A stretch of 32,000 nt of DNA, from NCBI RefSeq assembly GCF_016127575.1, contig NZ_CP066019.1, forward strand, positions 2,100,001 to 2,132,000, in the 5' to 3' direction. This document shows positions 1-10,076 of this stretch, piece after piece. Each line of letters starts with the position of its first letter. Within the stretch, counting starts at the first letter, position 1. Under the pieces are notes generated by a model. It was not told the origin of the DNA. It searched no databases and saw only the letters and a list, made by a program, of their open reading frames with translations. Position numbers and translations under genes: made by a program. The DNA is from Cupriavidus necator. Its GTDB lineage: Bacteria; Pseudomonadota; Gammaproteobacteria; Burkholderiales; Burkholderiaceae.

Positions 1-48
1 ACCGGGCAACGTGCACAGAAAACCAGATGATCCCGAACGCATGTCCAT
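1..48 (-). CDS. 5' end (16 codons, MDMRSGSSGFLCTLPG...) of an unidentified gene that runs off the window
   Basis: ATG at 48-46 (second in-frame ATG at 42-40) is preceded by AAGGAG (reverse complement of 56-61) with a 7-nt spacer. Too short to assign a product. Confidence 0.25.
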   Translation of the reverse strand, partial: MDMRSGSSGFLCTLPG

Positions 49-142
49 GAACGGACTCCTTGCAGTCTGACGGATAGCGCCGCGCCTGTTTCCCCGCTCC
101 GCAACTTGGCCTGTGACCAGGCCGCGCTACGGAACCGGATAC

Positions 143-487
143 CTAGATCGACGTCACGGATTCGCCGGCGACCAGGCCATTGATGATGTCTTCGCCGAAC
201 TGCAGCGCGCCGCGGCGCGCCGAGCCGATGTTCTCCCAGCGCGACTCGCTCATGGGGTACACGCGCGCATGGTCGCTGCCAGGGCGATAGCCCTCGCGGC
301 AAATCACGATCGACGCGAGGAAGCTGTTGTCGGGCTTGGTGCGCGGCCAGGCCTGCTCAGGCCGATGGCGATAAACCAGGGGATACAGATCGAAACCCTT
401 GTAGCTGGCAAAGGGCGTACTGCCGGGAACAGTGTTGCCGGGACTGCGGCTGGGACTGCTGTCGCTCACGACATCTCCATGCGGCAT
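143..487 (-). CDS. small conserved hypothetical protein, paralog A of a tandem pair (114 aa; possible alternative GTG start at 469 behind GGAGAT)
   Basis: ORF-track protein aligns without gaps to the neighbouring 610-912 product (45/84 identical by hand alignment). Shared motifs are YKG[FY]DLYPLVY, VIC-EG, ARRGAL and IING. Wobble positions are G/C-rich. No signal peptide or TM segment. Confidence 0.6.
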   Translation of the reverse strand: MPHGDVVSDSSPSRSPGNTVPGSTPFASYKGFDLYPLVYRHRPEQAWPRTKPDNSFLASIVICREGYRPGSDHARVYPMSESRWENIGSARRGALQFGEDIINGLVAGESVTSI

Positions 488-609
488 CGTGCCGCGCTGA
501 TGGGAAGGATTGCTGAACTCATTGGATCACGCGCACGGCATGAGCCATGGCCCGGCGCGGGCGTCAGCGGCGCAAATGCACCACGGCGCCAGGGCCCGTC
601 GTCGGAGCT

Positions 610-912
610 TCAGGATGCCATCGGCGCGCCGGCCGCTATTACCGACACCCCCGGCACCGCGCCATTGATGATGGCCTCGGCATAGCGCAACGCACCGCGT
701 CGCGCGCCACCGACGTTATCCCACGGTGCGGCGTCCAGGCGGAACGTGCGCGCCTGCATGCCTTCTGGCGACTCGCCTTCCAGGCAGATCACCACGGCAG
801 CATCGAAGGAACGGTCCGGCCGCGGCTCGGGCCACACGCGCTCGGCGGCGTGCTTGTACACAAGGGGATAGAGGTCGTAGCCCTTGTAAGTTGCAGCCGG
901 ATAGATATCCAT
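610..912 (-). CDS. small conserved hypothetical protein, paralog B of a tandem pair (100 aa)
   Basis: ATG at 912 is preceded by GGAGG with a 5-nt spacer. Paralogous to 143-487. High GC3. Confidence 0.7.
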   Translation of the reverse strand: MDIYPAATYKGYDLYPLVYKHAAERVWPEPRPDRSFDAAVVICLEGESPEGMQARTFRLDAAPWDNVGGARRGALRYAEAIINGAVPGVSVIAAGAPMAS

Positions 913-1013
913 GGCAGCCTCCGCCGTTTGGTGATCCTGCCCCCACTCTACGCTTGTTGCCGCGCCAGCAGTGGCTTTATTTCACGGTTGCGGGGAATTG
1001 CGGCAACGGAAAT

Positions 1014-1043
1014 AAAAAAGCTCCGCGTTGGCGGAGCTTTTTT
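1014..1043. terminator. rho-independent, bidirectional-looking terminator downstream of cspA
   Basis: AAAAAAGCTCCGC-gttg-GCGGAGCTTTTTT: a perfect 13-nt arm pair including A/T runs on both sides. It lies 47 nt past the cspA stop and upstream of the 912 start. Confidence 0.75.
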
Positions 1044-1090
1044 CATTGGACTGGCGCCTCGGCGCTCAGCTCAACTCAGGTCGGTGCGAT

Positions 1091-1294
1091 TCAGATCGGC
1101 TCGATCTTGGTCGCGGCCGGGCCCTTTTGGCCGACGCCAGCGACGTAACGCACCTTCTGGCCTTCTTGCAGCGACTTGAAGCCGTTGCCCTGGATTTCGG
1201 AGAAGTGCGCGAACAGGTCGTTGCCGCCTGCATCAGGCGTAATGAAGCCAAAACCCTTCGAATCGTTGAACCACTTGACGGTACCGGTTTCCAT
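1091..1294 (-). CDS. cspA: CspA-family cold-shock protein (67 aa)
   Basis: [21 protein letters not shown]...FAHFSEIQ carries the RNP1 (KGFGFI) and RNP2 (FAHFS) motifs of cold-shock domains. GAGGAA RBS lies before the ATG at 1294. Confidence 0.95.
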   Translation of the reverse strand: METGTVKWFNDSKGFGFITPDAGGNDLFAHFSEIQGNGFKSLQEGQKVRYVAGVGQKGPAATKIEPI

Positions 1295-1438
1295 GTTGGA
1301 TTCCTCAATAAGTTTTTTCTCACCGGCAAAAGCGCCGGCAAGGCATGACGATCAAGGAAGACACAAGGAGAAAAAGTGGCGCCGTGTGGGCAAGCACCTG
1401 GACTTCTAGGTTGCTGCTTGAAAGATCCTGCACTCATC

Positions 1439-1467
1439 CTTATACAGGCCCCACCCAGGCGTGTCAA
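1439..1467 (-). promoter_or_regulatory. sigma70-type promoter of cspA, with a leader of roughly 135-140 nt
   Basis: Reverse complement reads TTGACA-17 nt-TATAAG. The only gene downstream in that direction is cspA, and long 5' UTRs are typical of csp genes. Confidence 0.5.
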
Positions 1468-1619
1468 CGAACTTCACCGGATCGGGCCCAAATCACGGGG
1501 AAAGTGCGGGTTGAGGGTCTCGCCGGGCGAAATCCTGTGTATGCGGCATGTACCCCTCCCACTTCCGGCCCCGAAGGCGCCGGCATGCTACAGTGGCCGA
1601 TCGAACGGAACAGACACGG

Positions 1620-1847
1620 ATGACACTCTGCACTGCCTGCCAGGCCATTGAACGCCACGTGCGCGGCGCCCCCGGGCACGCGGCACTGCGCATCACCGAC
1701 ACCCGACGCATCAAGCCCGCCGGCTCCGCCGCCGTCACCATCAGCAGCTTCGTCTGCCAGGACTGCGGCGCGCTCTGGACCTACCGGGACCAGAAGAGCG
1801 GCCCGGAACAGGGGTGGGACATCCATATGGAAGCGCAGCAGCCATAA
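1620..1847 (+). CDS. small Cys4 (CxxC...CxxC) zinc-ribbon-like hypothetical protein (75 aa)
   Basis: Start chosen at the internal ATG at 1620 because GC3 is high from there and mixed upstream of it. CTAC at the N-terminus and CQDC near the C-terminus. No family recognised. Confidence 0.5.
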   Translation: MTLCTACQAIERHVRGAPGHAALRITDTRRIKPAGSAAVTISSFVCQDCGALWTYRDQKSGPEQGWDIHMEAQQP

Positions 1848-1869
1848 CGCCTTCCGCGGCGCAAAGAAA

Positions 1870-1893
1870 AACCCCGGGCCAGGGCCCGGGGTT
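1870..1893 (-). terminator. intrinsic terminator of icd, shared spacer with the convergent 1620-1847 ORF
   Basis: AACCCCGGGCC-ag-GGCCCGGGGTT hairpin. On the minus strand it is followed by TTTCTTTGC. Confidence 0.55.
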
Positions 1894-1929
1894 GCGACAC
1901 CTGCCGGCCCGCCGAGCGGGCCAGTCCGG

Positions 1930-4167
<2,238 letters not shown>

Positions 4168-4507
4168 TGCTTCTCTCAGATCCTCGAACGGGTGGTAGGA
4201 CATCCGCCTGCTGGGTCACAGCGCGGCAGCATACTAGGCGAAAAATAGAATTTTGCCTCAGTTTGCTTTCAGGGGCCTGAAAACCCACTGCTTTTTGCGC
4301 GGCTATCGGCAGAAATCCGGATGCCGGTGCCGCGTTGGGCCCGCCCGCACAGCATGATCGTTCGCAGATTGCACCGGCACGGTGCCCATATCGCATCTAC
4401 GCTGCGACGCAACATGCCGGGGCCGTGCGCCCCACGGATCACAGTTCTGTCAAACTTGGCGCCGACAATGCAGGGTTTTGTCCTCTTCAACGCCAAGGAA
4501 AACCACA

Positions 4508-5869
4508 ATGTCTCGTCATTTGCTGCTGGCCCCGGCGGCCATCGCACTGGGCTGCCTGGGCGCGGCGCAGGCGTGGGCGCAGGCCCCTGTCGCCTACCCC
4601 GCCAGGCTGGCAGGCCACGCGGTGCTGCCGGCCCAGACCCTGCTTGCCGTGCCGAAGGACGCGCCCGCTGACCTGCAGGTCAGCGGTAAGTTCACCACCG
4701 CGCAGCGCGTGGACACGCCGGGCACGGTCGAAGGCAAGTCCAATGGCCGCCCCACCGGCGTGTCGCTGCCGTTCCGCGGCCAGCCGGCACAGGGGCATTC
4801 CGGCATCAAGCGCATGGCCGACGGCAGCTTCTGGGTGCTGACCGACAACGGCGCCGGCGCCAAGGCCAACTCGCCGGACTTCATGCTGTACCTGAACCAC
4901 TACAAGGTGGACTTCGGCAGCGGCCGCCTGCAGCGCCTGAAGACCATCTTCCTGCACGACCCGGACCAGAAGGTGCCGTTCCGCATCGTCCACGAGGGCA
5001 CCAGGCAGCGCTACCTGACGGGGTCGGATTTCGATACGGAGAGCTTCCAGTTCGCCGACGGAGCGATCTGGATCGGCGACGAGTTCGGCCCGTTCCTGAT
5101 CAAGGCGGACCTGGACGGCAAGGTGCTGGCCGTGTTCGACACCAAGGTCGACGGCAAGGTGGTGCGCTCGCCCGACCATCCCGCCGTCACCGCGCCCGGT
5201 GCGCCAGACGGCAGCGTGAAGTTCCAGGTGCGGCGCTCCAAGGGCTTCGAGGGCATGGCGTCCTCGCCCGATGGCAGCAAGCTGTACGCGCTGCTGGAAG
5301 GCGCGCTGTGGGACGAGGCCGCCAAGGGCTACGAGAACGAAGGCGGCAAGCCCTACCTGCGCGTGCTGGAGTTTGATGTCAGGCAGCAGGCCTGGACCGG
5401 CCGCCACTGGAAGTACGTACTGGAAGGCGCCAGCCACGCCATCGGCGACTTCAACATGTTCAATGCCACCACCGGCCTTATCATCGAGCGCGACAACGGC
5501 GAAGGCACGCCGGACAAGGCCTGTCCGGCCGGGCAGAAGCGCCCGGACTGCTTTGACGATGTGGCGAAGTTCAAGCGCGTGTACAAGGTCGAGCTGAGCG
5601 ATGCCAACGCCGGCGGGCCGCTGCGCAAGATCGGCTATATCGACCTGCTGCGCATTGCCGACCCGGCCAAGCTTGCGCGCAAGCCGTTGACCGATGGCGT
5701 GCTGGCGTTCCCGTTCTTCACCATCGAGAACGTCGACGTGGTCGACGCCACGCATATCGTGGTGGGCAACGACAACAACCTGCCCTTCAGCAGCAGCCGC
5801 GAGCCGAACAAGGCGGACGACAACGAACTGGTGTTGCTGGAGGTGGGGGAGTTCCTGAAGGCGCGGTGA
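4508..5869 (+). CDS. secreted phytase-like / esterase-like-activity-of-phytase family protein (453 aa)
   Basis: ATG at 4508 follows AAGGA. Signal peptide MSRHLLLAPAAIALGCLGAAQAWA. The beta-propeller-like body with FEGMASSPDGSKLYALLEGAL resembles the Phytase-like domain family. Function is inferred only from this family resemblance. Confidence 0.7.
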   Translation: MSRHLLLAPAAIALGCLGAAQAWAQAPVAYPARLAGHAVLPAQTLLAVPKDAPADLQVSGKFTTAQRVDTPGTVEGKSNGRPTGVSLPFRGQPAQGHSGIKRMADGSFWVLTDNGAGAKANSPDFMLYLNHYKVDFGSGRLQRLKTIFLHDPDQKVPFRIVHEGTRQRYLTGSDFDTESFQFADGAIWIGDEFGPFLIKADLDGKVLAVFDTKVDGKVVRSPDHPAVTAPGAPDGSVKFQVRRSKGFEGMASSPDGSKLYALLEGALWDEAAKGYENEGGKPYLRVLEFDVRQQAWTGRHWKYVLEGASHAIGDFNMFNATTGLIIERDNGEGTPDKACPAGQKRPDCFDDVAKFKRVYKVELSDANAGGPLRKIGYIDLLRIADPAKLARKPLTDGVLAFPFFTIENVDVVDATHIVVGNDNNLPFSSSREPNKADDNELVLLEVGEFLKAR

Positions 5870-5891
5870 GCGTCTGCTGTGATGGGGGGTG

Positions 5892-5921
5892 CTCCCCTCT
5901 CCCGCTTGCGGGAGAGGGGAG
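5892..5921. repeat. REP-like palindrome, copy 1
   Basis: CTCCCCTCTCCCGC-TT-GCGGGAGAGGGGAG, perfect 14-nt arms, between convergent gene ends at 5869 and 5940. Confidence 0.85.
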
Positions 5922-5939
5922 AAAACAAACAGGCTACGC

Positions 5940-7481
5940 TTACGCCGCCAGCCTGAACGTCGACACCGCCTCCTTCAGCCGCTGCGCCTGCTCCTCCAGC
6001 GAGCCTGCTGCAGCAGCGGCCTCTTCCACCAGCGCCGCGTTCTGCTGCGTCACGGTATCCATCTGCGTCACCGCCTGGTTGACCTGCTCGATCCCGGCGC
6101 TCTGCTCGGCCGAGGCCGCGCTGATCTCGCCCATGATGTCGGTCACGCGCTTGACCGCGGCAACGATCTCCACCATGGTCTGGCCGGCCTGCGTCACCTG
6201 CATGGAACCCTTCTCGACGCGATCGACCGAATCGCCGATCAGCGCCTTGATCTCCTTGGCTGCGGAAGCGCTGCGCTGCGCCAGCGTGCGCACCTCGCCC
6301 GCGACCACGGCGAAGCCGCGGCCCTGTTCGCCGGCGCGCGCGGCTTCCACCGCGGCATTGAGCGCCAGGATATTGGTCTGGAAAGCGATGCCTTCAATCA
6401 CGGCGATGATGTCGACCACCTTCCTCGACGCGCCGTTGATCTCCTCCATGGTCTCGGCGACCTTGCCCGCCGCGTCGCCGCCCTTCTCGGCGATGTCCGA
6501 GGCATTGACCGCCAGCGTGCTGGCCTGGCGCGCGTTGTCGGCGTTCTGGCGCACGATGCTGGTCAGCTCTTCCATGCTGGCCGCGGTCTGCTGCAGCGAC
6601 GAGGCCTGTTCTTCCGTGCGCTGCGACAGGTCGGTGTTGCCGGCCGCGATCTGGCTGGTGCCGGACACGATCGACTCGGTGCCCGCGCGCACCTGGCGCA
6701 CGATGCGCAGGATATTGGCGTTCATGTCCGCCAGTGCCTGCAGCAGCTGTCCGGTTTCATCGCGGCTGTCGACGTCGATGCGGCTGGTCAGGTCGCCCGA
6801 CGCCACGGTGCGCGCCACCGCCACGGCGCGATGCAGCGGCCGCGTGATGCCTGCCGTCAGCCATACCGAGAACGCGATGCCGATCGCCAGCACCACCACG
6901 CCGAGCCCGATCAGGCTGTTGCGGGCGTTGACGTAGATGCTGTTGATCTCGCGCGCGGTGGCGTCGATGCTGGCGCGCTGGATGTCGAGCAGCTTCTGGA
7001 TCTCGCCCAGGTAGGCGTCGCCGGCCGGGACGAACTCTTTCTCCAGCACCTGGTTGGCCTCTTCGGTCAGCCCCTCTTGCTTGAGTTTGGTGATCTTGTC
7101 GCGGCCGTTGTTGTACGGGTCGCGCACGCTCAGGATCTTCTGGAATGCGGCCTTTTCCTCGGCCGAGCTGAGCATGGGCTGGAGCTTGTCGCGCAAGGCG
7201 GCGATGCCTTCGATCGACGCCTTGGTCTCGGCCGCGAAGAACGCGCCGAGCGACGGGTCGGCACTGCGCGCCACCGCCGTGGTGCGGCGCACGCTGGTGT
7301 GCATGAGGCGGTACCAGTCGCTGACCAGCCGCTCCTTGGTCAGCGGCTGCTGCATCATCGCGTGCGTGCGCTCAGCCACCTGTTGCAGGCGCATCATGCC
7401 GAATACCGTCATGAGCGCAGAAAGCAGCAATACCACCCCAAAGCCGATGCCGAGGCGTACCCCGATGCCTAGATTCTTCAT
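5940..7481 (-). CDS. methyl-accepting chemotaxis protein (513 aa)
   Basis: N-terminal TM segment, a periplasmic helical sensor region, a second TM plus HAMP, and the conserved signalling hairpin ([40 protein letters not shown]). Start set at MKNLGIGV (ATG 7481). Confidence 0.92.
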   Translation of the reverse strand: MKNLGIGVRLGIGFGVVLLLSALMTVFGMMRLQQVAERTHAMMQQPLTKERLVSDWYRLMHTSVRRTTAVARSADPSLGAFFAAETKASIEGIAALRDKLQPMLSSAEEKAAFQKILSVRDPYNNGRDKITKLKQEGLTEEANQVLEKEFVPAGDAYLGEIQKLLDIQRASIDATAREINSIYVNARNSLIGLGVVVLAIGIAFSVWLTAGITRPLHRAVAVARTVASGDLTSRIDVDSRDETGQLLQALADMNANILRIVRQVRAGTESIVSGTSQIAAGNTDLSQRTEEQASSLQQTAASMEELTSIVRQNADNARQASTLAVNASDIAEKGGDAAGKVAETMEEINGASRKVVDIIAVIEGIAFQTNILALNAAVEAARAGEQGRGFAVVAGEVRTLAQRSASAAKEIKALIGDSVDRVEKGSMQVTQAGQTMVEIVAAVKRVTDIMGEISAASAEQSAGIEQVNQAVTQMDTVTQQNAALVEEAAAAAGSLEEQAQRLKEAVSTFRLAA

Positions 7482-7761
7482 GTCTTCTACCTGATTAGCA
7501 CTGGTTACGGCGAAGTGCCGGTCCGCGCCTGGGACCGGCGCGGCGTTCTTCGCTCTCATCGTCCGCGGACGGGCCCGGTCGGGCCGACGCACTTGCGGGC
7601 TATGGATGCCAACGGCATGGGGTCCGGAAACTTTAGGGTCTTCCTCGATTGACGGCCGGAAGTGTGCGGATACCGGCTATAGTGGACAGGAACCCGGCCG
7701 AAGGGCACGCTCCATCCCCGCCGCCGGCCACCCTGCCAGTCCTTCCAGAAGGAGACCCAGC

Positions 7762-8190
7762 ATGGCCACGCCTCCCAATCCCTTTGCAGACTTCACCAAG
7801 ATGATGGAACAGTTCCGCCTGCCGGGCGTGGACATGAGCGCGGTAATGGAAGCGCGCCGCAAGGACATCGAGGCCCTGACCGAGGCCAACAAGCTGGCCT
7901 ATGAGGGCATCCAGGCCCTGGTGCAGAAGCAGCAGGAGATCTTCGCCCAGACCATGCAGCAGCTGCAGGCGGCCGCTCAGCAGTACAGCACCGCGGGCAA
8001 TCCTGCCGAGGCCATGGCCAAGCACAGCGAATTCGTGCAGCAGCAGCTGCACCAGGCACTGGAGAACATGCGCGCGCTGGCCGAAACCGCGCAGAAGGCG
8101 CAGGCCGAAGCGCTGGCCGTGATCAGCAAGCGCGCCGAGCAGAATGTGAAGGAGGCTGGCGAGTTGCTCAAGCCGAAATCCAAGGGCTAG
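7762..8190 (+). CDS. phaP: phasin-family PHA-granule-associated protein (142 aa)
   Basis: AGGAGA RBS before the ATG at 7762. Ala/Gln/Glu-rich all-helical protein with the phasin N-terminal pattern (FADFTKMMEQFRLPGVDMSAVMEARRKDIEALTEANKLAYEG). Confidence 0.8.
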   Translation: MATPPNPFADFTKMMEQFRLPGVDMSAVMEARRKDIEALTEANKLAYEGIQALVQKQQEIFAQTMQQLQAAAQQYSTAGNPAEAMAKHSEFVQQQLHQALENMRALAETAQKAQAEALAVISKRAEQNVKEAGELLKPKSKG

Positions 8191-8202
8191 CCCAGGCCAC
8201 CG

Positions 8203-8508
8203 CTAGCGCTGCTCGGGCGGGACCGGGGCGATCGCCCCGGCAAAGCGGGCATGCACCTCGAGGTCCACCGGCCGGTGCTTGACCCTGGTGCTGGCCGGGT
8301 TGTTGCCGAGGTAGTTGCCGTTCTTCCAGTCGCGTGCCGGGCGCACCGGACGCGGCACGAAGCCGCCCCCGCAGTTCGGGCAGACATTGCGGAGCGTATC
8401 CACGCAGTCTGCGCAGAAGGTGCATTCGTACGAGCAGATACGGGCTTCGGTCGATGCGGGTGGCAGGGGCTTGTTGCAATGCTCGCAGCCCGGTCTGAGT
8501 TCCAGCAT
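8203..8508 (-). CDS. DUF1272 domain-containing Cys-rich protein (101 aa)
   Basis: MLELRPGCEHCNKPLPP...ARICSYECTFCADCV...CPNCGG matches the DUF1272 signature as I remember it. It converges on phaP with a 12-bp spacer. Confidence 0.8.
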   Translation of the reverse strand: MLELRPGCEHCNKPLPPASTEARICSYECTFCADCVDTLRNVCPNCGGGFVPRPVRPARDWKNGNYLGNNPASTRVKHRPVDLEVHARFAGAIAPVPPEQR

Positions 8509-8609
8509 ATCGCTTGCGGTGAACGATTGGGGATCGACGCTATCGTAGCCGCATTTCCGCTGACGGGGCTCGCTCGTTCCAGCGCACCACCGCAGCCGGC
8601 CCCGGCCTG

Positions 8610-8935
8610 ATGCCCGGCGCCGCCGAGTTGCTGCGCTACCAACGCAAGGATTTCGCGGTGGACCTGCAGGCGGACGGGTCGGTGGCCGCGGTCAGCAACA
8701 GCCAGGCCTGTGGCAAGGCCACGATGGCTTCTACGAACTGGCCCGCTACCCCGAGGCCCGGCCCTTCGGCGCATGGGCCAAGGCGCTCACGTTTGAAGAA
8801 ATCGAGCGGGCGGATACCGTTTCCGGGCGTTATATCAACCATCCTTTCGGCAACGGAAATGAATGCCGCGACCGTGTCTCTGGGCATCGCCGGACGTCCC
8901 AAGGCTCGATGCTCCCCTACATCGGCCTGCGATAG
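8610..8935 (+). pseudogene. possible frameshifted remnant ORF. The competing model is the minus-strand ORF 8636-8902 (in-frame ATG at 8887).
   Basis: Frame-0 ATG at 8610 gives about 32 protein-like residues (AELLRYQRKDFAVDLQADGSVAAVSNSQ). From about 8708 the protein-like reading (GHDGFYELARYPEARPFGAWAKALTFEEIERADTVSGRYINHPFG...stop 8933-8935) is in frame 2. That frame has no ATG/GTG/TTG between the stop at 8561 and 8708. Confidence 0.25.
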
Positions 8936-8968
8936 TGAAGCCTCGTCGCACTGGCTTATCGCTCCCCC

Positions 8969-9898
8969 TTACCGCACCCACCCCCTCTCCATCAACGGCA
9001 CATCCCACGGCGGCTCGCCCTGCAGCCTTTCCGCCAGGTAGTCCACCAGCACCCGCACCTTCAGCGCCTGCCGCTGCGTGGCCGGATACACGGCGGCGAA
9101 CTCGAACGATGACAGCGCATAGTCGTGCAGCACCGGGACCAGCCGGCCGGCCAGCAGGTCTTCGCTGGCGACCAGCGTGGGCAGGCAAACCACGGCGGCT
9201 CCGCTGACCGCATAGTCGCGCAGCAGGTGGACGGAGTTGGTGCGCATGCGCGGGGCCAGGTCGATCTCGACCGATTCGGCATCGCGCGAGAAGGTCCACT
9301 TGTTGCGGGTCGGGTAGGCGGAGTACAGCGCCACCTTGCTGCAGATCAGGTCCGCCGGCCGCTCCGGCTTGCCCCAGCGTTCAATGAACTCCGGGGCCAC
9401 GCAGAAGATCCGGCGCAGTGTGAACAGGCGCCGCGCGATCAGCGAATCGTTCTGGGGCGCGAAGATCTGGAAGGCCACGTCGAAGCCTTCCTCGATCGGG
9501 TCGATGACGCGGTCGTTGACGACGACGTCCAGTTCGATATCCGGATACTGCTGGCTGAAGCCGGCCAGGATATCGGCGAAGTGGCCAATGGCGAAGCCGG
9601 GCAGCACCTGGATGCGCAGGCGCCCCGCCGGGGTGGCGCGCAGGTCGCGCATCTGGTCGGTCAGGTCGGCCAGGTTGGCGACCACGTCGGCACATTGACG
9701 GTAGTAGGTCTCGCCCACTTCCGACAGGCGCACGTGCCGCGTGCTGCGATGGAACAGCGGCGCGTTGATGTACTTCTCGAGCTGCTGCACGCGGTGGCTG
9801 ACGACGGAATTGGTCACACCGAGCTGGCGCGCGGCCTCGGCAAAGCTTAACGTGTCCGCGACCCTGACAAAGGCTTCGATACTGAGAAAACGGTCCAT
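8969..9898 (-). CDS. LysR-family transcriptional regulator (309 aa)
   Basis: N-terminal wHTH (FVRVADTLSFAEAARQLGVTNSVVSHRVQQLEKYINAPLFHRSTR) plus a LysR substrate-binding domain. Divergent from the Bug gene. Confidence 0.92.
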   Translation of the reverse strand: MDRFLSIEAFVRVADTLSFAEAARQLGVTNSVVSHRVQQLEKYINAPLFHRSTRHVRLSEVGETYYRQCADVVANLADLTDQMRDLRATPAGRLRIQVLPGFAIGHFADILAGFSQQYPDIELDVVVNDRVIDPIEEGFDVAFQIFAPQNDSLIARRLFTLRRIFCVAPEFIERWGKPERPADLICSKVALYSAYPTRNKWTFSRDAESVEIDLAPRMRTNSVHLLRDYAVSGAAVVCLPTLVASEDLLAGRLVPVLHDYALSSFEFAAVYPATQRQALKVRVLVDYLAERLQGEPPWDVPLMERGWVR

Positions 9899-10076
9899 GG
9901 CAAACCCGTGCGAAGAGGATCATGACCCACCGCAGTGCTACCATCTGGCCCTCGCCGGGCCAGCAAGGCCGACAACGTGCCGCGGTTGCTTGCACAACGG
10001 TGGGGCGCGGCGACATCCCGGCCGCGATCAGAAGGCAGTTCGACGGCAATCATAGCGAACGAGGGGCAGATCCGTC

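Noticed and set aside
1321-1340. Hairpin CACCGGCAAAAGCGCCGGCA next to a T-run as a terminator between cspA and the upstream region
   Set aside because: On the cspA (minus) strand the stem is followed by an A-run, and on the plus strand the T-run precedes the stem. Neither orientation makes an intrinsic terminator. It is more likely leader structure.
4382-4507. N-terminal extensions of track ORFs (for example 4382, 7606, 26169, 25235, 29317, 14826, 15233, 17118, 7592, 12895, 23015, 25079, 4203)
   Set aside because: Internal ATGs sit behind good SD sequences and give canonical N-termini or signal peptides. The upstream extensions are Arg/Pro-rich, have poorer GC3, or overlap the preceding gene or spacer.
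7649-7683. TTGACG ... TATAGT as the phasin promoter
   Set aside because: The spacer is 23 nt, far outside the functional 16-18 nt range.
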